Positions 8,586-15,256 of a DNA stretch of 22,422 nt are shown piece after piece. The translations under genes were made by a program, and so were the position numbers. Source of the DNA: a virus. Lineage: Duplodnaviria > Heunggongvirae > Uroviricota > Caudoviricetes. A model generated the notes under the pieces. The model made no database searches and was not told where the DNA came from. It worked only from the letters and a program-made list of their open reading frames with translations. Positions within the stretch are counted from its first letter, which is position 1. Each line of letters starts with the position of its first letter. The stretch lies in the IMG/VR virus record IMGVR_UViG_3300010280_000442, positions 64,001 through 86,422 of that record. One strand, written 5' to 3'.

Positions 8586-9809
8586 TCACTCATCCAGCGC
8601 GGTAAACTCATCAGCGGCGGAATTGTTCAAATCCACCGCCGGGCGCGGGTCTGATTCCGGCACCAGCGCCAGCTTGCCGGGCGGCTTTACCACAAATTCA
8701 CCGAGTATCTGCGCAAACCGCTTCTTGCCCATCATCTTCTCAAACTCCGTGAGCGTGATAAGCTCCTGCTTGTACACATCGGTAAAGCCCTCTTTTGCGG
8801 CGGCGTCCACCACCTTTCTGGTATCCGTGAACTGCCGCTTGCTCCGTCCTTCCACCACCTTGTAACCGGACCAGACCACACCGTGGTTGATGGCCTCGTT
8901 GGAGGCGTATGCGAACACAGCGGTGATCCAATCAGAAATACGGTTCAGCGTTGGAAGGATCGATTCGATCTCTTGCTGGGAGATCAGTGCCGGAGATTTG
9001 AAGGTCGGCGCTGCCGTGTCCGGGCTGTATGGCGCTGTAGCGTCGGTAAGTTCTGCCTCTTCTGTCAGTGGGCCAGCATCCAGGTCAAGGAACTCAGCTC
9101 TCGCAAGAGCCAGCGCCTCCTCCGCCCTTGCCCGGCACATAGCCTTCGCCCGGCAGAACCGACACCAATCGCCAGGCTTCTGTTCGCCCTTCCCCTCATA
9201 CGCCATCTTCGCTATCGGCCGGATACTATCAGCCCAATCAAGAAGCTCCTGTTTCGTACAGGTAAACGTGCTGATGTTCTCAAGCCTCGGCTGGATGATC
9301 GTCATGGAAACGCTCTGGATATCAAACAGATAGTCATAGGCGTTCAGGGCGCCCAGCGCATACAGCATCATCTGCGTGTTGTGGTCGGCATCCACGAACA
9401 CGCCGCTTCCTGTCTTGAAATCACAGACATGCAGAATGCCGGGAGCCAGGATCACCATATCACCGGTACCGAAACCGGAAGGAGCGATATGGCTGTAATC
9501 CAGCTTTTCCTCCACCAGTGCCAATACGGAAAGCCCCTGCGCCTTCATCCCTTCAATCGTGGAGATCACGAATTCGGCGTAGATGTCGGTCAGGCTCTCA
9601 ATCTCCTCTGTCAGATACTCGGACTGTGGACGCTGCATGCGCCGGTGAAGATACTTCTTTACTTTGTACTCACACAATTCATGCGCCCATGTTCCTTCCT
9701 CCGCATAGGTGGAAGTCTCATTCGGAAAGTTCTCCTCCAGCCTTGCGGATGGCGGGCAGTTCAGCCACCGTTTTGAGCTGCTGGCGGAGAGTAATGCGTG
9801 CGCTCCCAT
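8586..9809 (-). CDS. DUF2800 Cas4-like PD-(D/E)xK exonuclease
   Basis: HALLSASSSKRWLNCPPS, GFGTGD, DFKTG, QMMLYALG and WCRFCRAKAMC: a 1+3 Cys Fe-S arrangement. Confidence 0.92.
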   Translation of the reverse strand: MGAHALLSASSSKRWLNCPPSARLEENFPNETSTYAEEGTWAHELCEYKVKKYLHRRMQRPQSEYLTEEIESLTDIYAEFVISTIEGMKAQGLSVLALVEEKLDYSHIAPSGFGTGDMVILAPGILHVCDFKTGSGVFVDADHNTQMMLYALGALNAYDYLFDIQSVSMTIIQPRLENISTFTCTKQELLDWADSIRPIAKMAYEGKGEQKPGDWCRFCRAKAMCRARAEEALALARAEFLDLDAGPLTEEAELTDATAPYSPDTAAPTFKSPALISQQEIESILPTLNRISDWITAVFAYASNEAINHGVVWSGYKVVEGRSKRQFTDTRKVVDAAAKEGFTDVYKQELITLTEFEKMMGKKRFAQILGEFVVKPPGKLALVPESDPRPAVDLNNSAADEFTALDE

Positions 9810-9821
9810 AGGCCACCGCCA

Positions 9822-10253
9822 TTAGAGCTGGGCGAGGTCGTTTAAGAACGCCTCCCGCTTGTCCTCCGGAAGCTCGCTGACGGCGGCGCAGCCATAAGAT
9901 GTCAGCAACGCCTTGATCTTCGGGCTGTTCTTCCGGTTGGTGGTGATCTTCTGCGCCGCTACTTTCAGAATGTCATCCGTTGTAATTACGGGCTGCGCAT
10001 CCTTGGTCTCTGCAGCTTCCGGCTTGCTCTCCCAAGGCGGAGTGTCTGCAGAAGAGCGTTCCTCTCCGGGAATCTCCTTCGGAATCCCCAGCGGTACTGC
10101 GGCGCCAAGAAGTTCCGCCTGCTCCGCCATTGCCTCAAAGACCATCGCATAACCTTTGAATACCATGTTCAAACCACCGGCCAGCTTCGCCTGGTCAATA
10201 TTCCCCGTGGTGATGTTCGCGGCTGGCGAAACCACTGTATTTTTCTTTGCCAT
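9822..10253 (-). CDS. Small phage protein typically found upstream of DUF2800 (often annotated rrp5-like)
   Basis: C-terminal KIKALLTSYGCAAVSELPEDKREAFL pattern and gene position. Confidence 0.65.
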   Translation of the reverse strand: MAKKNTVVSPAANITTGNIDQAKLAGGLNMVFKGYAMVFEAMAEQAELLGAAVPLGIPKEIPGEERSSADTPPWESKPEAAETKDAQPVITTDDILKVAAQKITTNRKNSPKIKALLTSYGCAAVSELPEDKREAFLNDLAQL

Positions 10254-10256
10254 ACC

Positions 10257-10679
10257 TTATCCCTCGCTTTCTTCTGTGGACGCTGTGTCCGCAGAAACCA
10301 TTTCCTCATCCGCTGCGTTCTGCCCCTCCTGAGCAACCACCTCACAGATTCCCAGTCTTTCCATGATCTCCGTTTCTGCCGCCAGCACCTTGCGGACGGT
10401 ATCCATGTTTACACCGGTCCGCCCGGATACCTGTTCCGTCAGCTCGTCCATATCAACTACAACAGAATCGTCACTACAATCACAGCATCCGTTGTGATAG
10501 AAATTCTCGGACTCCATATGCTCATCAAAGTGAAGATGCAGGTTCTTGATATTCAGCACAATCCCCGGTACGGACGAGGATGCATCCTTTCCACCGCAGT
10601 ATGACATCTTTCCGCGGCAGTTCTTTTGACTGAATGAATCCTTCTTGCGGATTCGCTTATCCAGTTTCTTCTTTGCCAT
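10257..10679 (-). CDS. Hypothetical protein (140 aa)
   Basis: Start moved to ATG 10679 (AAGGAGG RBS); basic N-terminus, acidic C-terminus. Confidence 0.65.
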   Translation of the reverse strand: MAKKKLDKRIRKKDSFSQKNCRGKMSYCGGKDASSSVPGIVLNIKNLHLHFDEHMESENFYHNGCCDCSDDSVVVDMDELTEQVSGRTGVNMDTVRKVLAAETEIMERLGICEVVAQEGQNAADEEMVSADTASTEESEG

Positions 10680-10680
10680 T

Positions 10681-10803
10681 TCATTTGCCCTCCTTCGGCT
10701 CATCATTCTTCATTGCCGCCAGCTGCGACTTGGCTGTCGCCGGTTCTTTCGACATAGCACGATACGGGGAGCAGACTAAAATCGTAGTAATTGCGTTGCC
10801 CAT
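10681..10803 (-). pseudogene. Truncated DUF4406/DUF7768-like remnant (40 aa)
   Basis: AAAGGAG RBS, then MGNAITTILVCSPYRAMSK, which resembles the (Y/V)ICSPY N-terminus of that family; the ORF ends after 40 aa. Confidence 0.45.
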
Positions 10804-10863
10804 ACAGTTGTTCTCCTTTCTGCGCCGCAGCATTTGGGACTCTGGATTTCTCATTGGACAGTT

Positions 10864-10899
10864 AAAAAGGTCCTGCATGGAGTCATCCACACAAGACCT
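10864..10899 (-). terminator. Leader terminator upstream of the replication operon
   Basis: Minus strand AGGTCTTGTGTGGA-TGAC-TCCATGCAGGACCT-TTTT: 14 bp with 3 G-U pairs that form only on the minus strand. Confidence 0.75.
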
Positions 10900-11210
10900 G
10901 TGATCGCCTGATGGCAGAAAGGTAGCGTGGCACACCCCTACAAACCTTCCTACTCTGCCAGTGGTTCATTTTCCAACCACCAGCAAAGCCGGAACTGTCC
11001 ATATGAGATATCCGTTGCCCTTAATGCATATCAGGCACGATATTGACTTTTATTACCAATGAAGATATCCTAGCGATTAAGCAAAACTACATGTTCATTC
11101 CTCATTGGCTGGTTATAGAATAGCAGAAAATCTCTTTCTTTTCGCCAGCCAATTAGGGGGAATTCCCATAGTTCTATCTACCAATTGGTAGAATTTTTCT
11201 TCACCTTGTA

Positions 11211-11250
11211 AAAAACAATACCGTACAGTCTTATATTGCTGTACGGTATT
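11211..11250 (-). terminator. Terminator of the XRE gene
   Basis: AATACCGTACAG (11217-11228) / CTGTACGGTATT (11239-11250), followed on the minus strand by GTTTTTT; overlaps the stop codon. Confidence 0.8.
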
Positions 11251-11623
11251 AGGCCGGCATAACACCAGCGGAATCCAACCTCATGAGTTTCGCCATTCGA
11301 ATAAGTTGTGCTTTGTCGTTAACATTTAAATTTATAAAAATTTTTTCCAGTTCACTGAGCTCTTTTTCTGTCTCTATGTTTTTCTTAAAACGCTCTGGGG
11401 CCAGTTTGTCTGGTGTAGTATGTAATGCTTCTGCAAATCGGTATAGAACACTAATTCCCATTTCACGCTCACCAAGCTCATACCTGGAGATGGCGTTGCT
11501 GGACATATCCATCTTTTCTGCCAGCTTCCCTTGTGAAAGCCCAGCGGCTTCTCTTGCTTTGCGGATCTGCTTACCAGTTTCATATACATCTGGGGAAACT
11601 ATTTTTTCTTTCGGCAACGCCAT
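11249..11623 (-). CDS. XRE-family HTH regulator
   Basis: IRKAREAAGLSQGKLAEKMDMSSNAISRYELGER...LYRFAEAL. Start moved to ATG 11623 behind a GGAGG RBS (TTG 2 codons later is also possible). Confidence 0.9.
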   Translation of the reverse strand: MALPKEKIVSPDVYETGKQIRKAREAAGLSQGKLAEKMDMSSNAISRYELGEREMGISVLYRFAEALHTTPDKLAPERFKKNIETEKELSELEKIFINLNVNDKAQLIRMAKLMRLDSAGVMPA

Positions 11624-12139
11624 CACCTCCCTCCGCATTTCAATATCTATATTCATTTTACGACTATCTGTAGCGTTTGTCAGTTTATCGACAGGATACC
11701 CAACCTATCCATATTGTCATATTATGCCGAATAGCCACGAAAGACGCACAGCAAAATACATTTCATGAGTGTAATAGTCTAATTTTTTCGTGTTCCAAAA
11801 TACTTCCGTATACTACCTGACATGCCAAAAAAGCCCTTAATATTCGAATCAAAATCATCAGAATGCCTATCGCGTATTTTTTTCACATGTCAAATTGGTT
11901 CAAATTCTAATATTATTTCTGAATTTATATCTACATTTGATTCATCTTCGTGCTTAATTTCCCTCTGTAGATCATCGGCGCATCAGTAAAAGAACTCATC
12001 ACCAAAGTTTTTCCTGTTCCTCTCTTGCCCATATTTGTAATCCTATTTTACATCTTTATAGCCCCATTTTCCTTTACGGTGAAATACATCTGCTCTTTCA
12101 AATCGCAAGTACATTTTCTTCAAGACTTGAAATAAATAA

Positions 12140-12168
12140 TTGCAGTTACTGAAAGTTCATTTTATAAT
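12140..12168 (+). promoter_or_regulatory. Sigma-A promoter of the 345-aa gene
   Basis: TTGCAG-N17-TATAAT, followed by AAGGAGG RBS and ATG 12189. Confidence 0.65.
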
Positions 12169-12188
12169 GATTAAAAGGAGGTTGCCTT

Positions 12189-13226
12189 ATGGAAGAAAAA
12201 TCAGCTAAACATGAACAAATTCAAGCCATCAAACACCGACTGAATAGATATCTGACAAAAGCCGGGTTTAGCATTAATCAGCTCACTGAAGCAATCAATA
12301 GATCCGATGAGCCACTGAAAATCAATTACAATACAGTTAAAAATGCCCTCAATTATAATACAGATGCCCTTGATATCACTGTGGCCATTTCCATCTGTCG
12401 TTATCTCCGCTGCGATACCGCTTTTGTTTTTTCACCTCCCGGCACGCCAGAACCTGATTTTGAAGGCTCTTACACAGGTAATGGAAAGTTCATTCCTCTT
12501 GATGATCCAAAATACTTTGGAAAATACAATGGGTACTTTTACTCACCCAATCACCGAAGTGCGGAACTAATCTATTTTGAACTACAAATATCTTCTGAAA
12601 ACAATCGTGTCTCCGCAAAAATGATCTATCACGGCCGCCCTGTGTCTGTTCACGGCAATGTTATGGAAGAAACTCGAATCCTGTACGGTGTCCCCTATTT
12701 ATGCACACGTCATTCTAACATTTATATCATCTTGACAAATGATTATGGCGACTTCTACTTTATTTACTATAACAGGCAGGAATTCAGATCCCACAGTCTA
12801 TACTTTAGAAGAGGGCTGATTGCCACGGCCTCCTCCTTACGGGATCATCCTGTGATGTATATGAGCTTTGTATTGTTCGCACGGCCTGTACCGAAAGAAA
12901 AACAACGATATATTCCTGGTCTGCTTGCAGACGTATCTTCTAATTTTTATATTTCAAAAGATACAGTGGATCAGTTAAGGGTAAAAGAACCTATCCTTGT
13001 TCCCCTATTTGACCAATTTGGATACATACTCGAACATAATAAAGACACCGTCTATTCCATCAACGAAACCCAAATTCTATCTTCTCCAAACAAAACCATG
13101 TCCGAAGAAGATATCATAAAAGCCCTGCTGATATTAAAAGAGCATTCTTTAGCTTCCAAACGAACAGTATATGAAGATATAGAATCTTTTTCTATTTTCA
13201 CGAAAAACTTTCTGCAGCAGCCATAA
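12189..13226 (+). CDS. Hypothetical protein with N-terminal HTH-like segment and aromatic beta-rich C-terminal domain
   Basis: 345 aa, strong RBS and promoter. FSINQLTEAIN...YNTVKNAL...VAISICRYL is XRE-like; the remainder is not recognised. Confidence 0.7.
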   Translation: MEEKSAKHEQIQAIKHRLNRYLTKAGFSINQLTEAINRSDEPLKINYNTVKNALNYNTDALDITVAISICRYLRCDTAFVFSPPGTPEPDFEGSYTGNGKFIPLDDPKYFGKYNGYFYSPNHRSAELIYFELQISSENNRVSAKMIYHGRPVSVHGNVMEETRILYGVPYLCTRHSNIYIILTNDYGDFYFIYYNRQEFRSHSLYFRRGLIATASSLRDHPVMYMSFVLFARPVPKEKQRYIPGLLADVSSNFYISKDTVDQLRVKEPILVPLFDQFGYILEHNKDTVYSINETQILSSPNKTMSEEDIIKALLILKEHSLASKRTVYEDIESFSIFTKNFLQQP

Positions 13227-13264
13227 ACCTCCCCCAGCCGTTTTCGATTTCAAAGAGCCAACGC

Positions 13265-13306
13265 AAAAAGCCCGGCAAAACGCTAGTAAATAACGTTCTG
13301 TCGGGC
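13265..13306 (-). terminator. Intrinsic terminator closing the zinc-ribbon/ncRNA transcript
   Basis: Minus strand GCCCGACAGAACG-N11-CGTTTTGCCGGGC-TTTTT (one mismatch, one G-U). Confidence 0.7.
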
Positions 13307-13655
13307 ATATATCATGTTCCGTAGACTCTCCTGATTATAGAGGTCTGACAGACACACGCAGAAACCTTATGCCGATCCAAGTGACCTTATCACGATCATA
13401 CTAATTCCTGCCGCATACCTACTCAAACGGACATCATATACTTTCAGTTATTTACTAAAACGTTTTGCCGGGCTCCTACTGATCCTTGTCAGTTCCAACT
13501 CCTCGCAAACTCTTGACAACCGGTGCTAACCATAAGGATCACTCGTCACAATTCGCCGCCATCGCACCGTTATCCCCTGAACAGAGCGTCTTTCTTTACT
13601 CCGATGCCTTCTTTCATGCATCCCGCCAGAGCAGCGCCGTTGCCGGTTGTCTCAT
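13265..13655 (-). ncRNA. Candidate structured non-coding RNA / cis-regulatory switch (unassigned family)
   Basis: No convincing ORF. Several long-range complementarities: 25 bp between 13269-13294 and 13447-13474; GACAACCGG/CCGGTTGTC at 13515-13523 and 13643-13651; GATCCTT/AAGGATC and TTGTCA/TGACAA; internal hairpins. Confidence 0.5.
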
Positions 13656-13738
13656 TCTATTCAATTCATTTCTTACTCTTTTATTTCCTATATTTCCTAC
13701 GTCCCTATATTCTTATATCCCATGTATTCTCAATGCAA

Positions 13739-13978
13739 TCATCCCTCCGCCTGCATACGGGAAAGCTTCGCATGGTATACCGCTACTCTTCCCTGCATTT
13801 CTTTCATGCCATCCACATTTTTCTCATACACCGTTACCATACCTTCATCCACCAGTACCCCAATGGTATTCCGGCATTTTCTGCACTCCACCTCTGAATT
13901 GCTTACCGAGCTTTTTATCAGGTATGCGCCACACACCGGACAGTGTACATACCACTTGCTTTCACTATTTGCTCCCAT
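13739..13978 (-). CDS. Small zinc-ribbon protein, Mu Com-like Cys spacing
   Basis: AAAGGAGG RBS; HCPVCGAYLIKSSVSNSEVECRKCRN (CxxC-x15-CxxC). Confidence 0.75.
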   Translation of the reverse strand: MGANSESKWYVHCPVCGAYLIKSSVSNSEVECRKCRNTIGVLVDEGMVTVYEKNVDGMKEMQGRVAVYHAKLSRMQAEG

Positions 13979-14180
13979 GCGAACCCTCCTTTAAGTAATA
14001 CCATGAATCTTTTATCACTCAAACGGATAAGGGAAACAAAACCGTTATTGAGCCTTTGCCGACAGTAAGTTCCGCGCACCGAAGCCGTGCTGCTGCCGAC
14101 CATTCTTCTATGCGGTAAACGCCGGGTATCCTCTGAAACAACAACCTCCGTGCTGATCGCATTCACCGCTTCTGTTCTAT

Positions 14181-14209
14181 ATTATAGTTCTCCAATCTCT
14201 CGATGTCAA
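14181..14209 (-). promoter_or_regulatory. Consensus sigma-A promoter toward the zinc-ribbon gene
   Basis: Minus strand TTGACA (14204-14209), exactly 17 nt, TATAAT (14181-14186). Confidence 0.88.
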
Positions 14210-14239
14210 TATATTTTTCTCTCATTTTTCTATTTTTGA

Positions 14240-14268
14240 TTGACATCGAATACTCTTCCGGTTATAAT
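14240..14268 (+). promoter_or_regulatory. Consensus sigma-A promoter of the repressor operon
   Basis: TTGACA (14240-14245), exactly 17 nt, TATAAT (14263-14268); AAAGGAGG RBS downstream. Confidence 0.88.
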
Positions 14269-14302
14269 AGGCTTGAAGTAATCTTACAAAGGAGGTCGCA
14301 TT

Positions 14303-15220
14303 ATGGCTAACAACAACGGTCATACCGTGCCTTTCGAGGCATTGCCCCAGCGAGGCAGAGAAACGAATAAAAGACCTGTTCCGTATAAGACTAATGATAC
14401 TAATGAACATTCCGCTTTTGATGCGGATGATATGAAAATGAATAATACCCTCGGCAAAAAAATCACGCAGGCCAGAAAGCAGAAAAAAATCAGCCAGCGG
14501 GATCTGGCGACTATATTCAAGGATTATAATATAACCGTCAGTTCAGGCGCCATTAGTAAATGGGAAAAAGGAGATGCGCTTCCAAATCCTTATCAGCTGC
14601 TTGCCCTATGTCAGATTCTTGATATTAGAGACGTACTCAAATATTTTACCGGAAGAACTCCTGAACCAGAAGATTATTCACCGGAACTCAGCCAAAAGGG
14701 ATTGAATATCCTTCAACTCTTCAAAGAAACACTGATTGCTTCTGGAAATTATCAGGTAAAAAGCCGCCGAACTGAAAAGCCCTCTTCCCCACGCAAGCCG
14801 ATCCTGGTCAAAGTATTCTCGACTCCGGCTGCCGCAGGCTCCGGCTCTTTCCTTACCAGTGAAGACTACGACATGATTGAATTTGATCCGGCCAATGTCC
14901 CGGAAGACACCGATTTCGGTATCCGCGTAACCGGAGACAGCATGCTCCCCCGTTATGTTCCGGGGCAAGTCGTATTTGTAGAACAATGTAAGGAACTATA
15001 CAATGGCGAAATCGGCGTGTTCGTCTATGATGATAACGCTTATATCAAACAGTATACGGAATCTACGCCTGACGAAGATGATCTTGATTATTACATGACC
15101 AGCGAAGGCGTGGTCAAGCCTAAAATTGACCTTATCTCTCTAAACAGAGACAGAGCCGATTGCGACGTCGATGTACGCCCTGAGAATATGCTGATTATTG
15201 TTGGTCGGGTACTGAACTAA
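14303..15220 (+). CDS. CI/LexA-like repressor: XRE HTH + S24 autopeptidase
   Basis: HTH ISQRDLA...AISKWEKG; Ala-Gly cleavage region PAAAGSG; catalytic RVTGDSM and AYIKQ. Confidence 0.92.
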   Translation: MANNNGHTVPFEALPQRGRETNKRPVPYKTNDTNEHSAFDADDMKMNNTLGKKITQARKQKKISQRDLATIFKDYNITVSSGAISKWEKGDALPNPYQLLALCQILDIRDVLKYFTGRTPEPEDYSPELSQKGLNILQLFKETLIASGNYQVKSRRTEKPSSPRKPILVKVFSTPAAAGSGSFLTSEDYDMIEFDPANVPEDTDFGIRVTGDSMLPRYVPGQVVFVEQCKELYNGEIGVFVYDDNAYIKQYTESTPDEDDLDYYMTSEGVVKPKIDLISLNRDRADCDVDVRPENMLIIVGRVLN

Positions 15221-15256
15221 TACAATTACCAGATTAAAATGCGAGGTGAAAGCTGT

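Larger units (their letters stand above)
1374..15220. mobile_element. Prophage-derived replication and control module of an integrative element (boundaries not in view)
   Basis: Co-oriented phage replication genes, divergent CI-like repressor switch, and Leu762-type PolA. No att site or integrase found in the window. Confidence 0.75.

Noticed and set aside
8586-9809. Cas4-like protein as a sign of CRISPR-Cas
   Set aside because: No cas1/cas2 and no repeat-spacer array in the window; context is the standard DUF2800-DUF2815-PolA module.
2671-9811. Many plus-strand ORFs (e.g. 8883-9776, 5870-6577) opposite the replication genes
   Set aside because: Antisense shadows of GC-rich coding sequence; no motifs or RBS.
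11931-12032. 33-aa minus-strand mini-ORF MGKRGTGKT... containing a Walker A-like pattern
   Set aside because: No RBS, an in-frame stop just upstream, and no further ATPase motifs; most likely chance.
12189-13226. Arbitrium/RRNPP peptide-receptor system
   Set aside because: The protein looks beta-rich rather than TPR-like, and no adjacent signal-peptide ORF was found.
13269-13474. MITE interpretation of the 25-bp inverted repeat pair
   Set aside because: No target-site duplication, no resemblance to the IS30 ends, no second copy in the window, and one arm is part of a terminator. An RNA explanation fits better.
13486-13998. Plus-strand ORFs of 170, 124 and 115 aa and short minus-strand peptides over the RNA region
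   Set aside because: No convincing RBS, low-complexity Phe/Ser/Leu-rich composition, and they overlap the well-supported zinc-ribbon gene.
10860-14170. Known riboswitch classes (c-di-GMP-I/II, c-di-AMP, ZTP, T-box) or tRNA/tmRNA for the structured regions
   Set aside because: By eye none of the hallmark consensus segments were found; an Rfam scan is still needed to exclude them formally.
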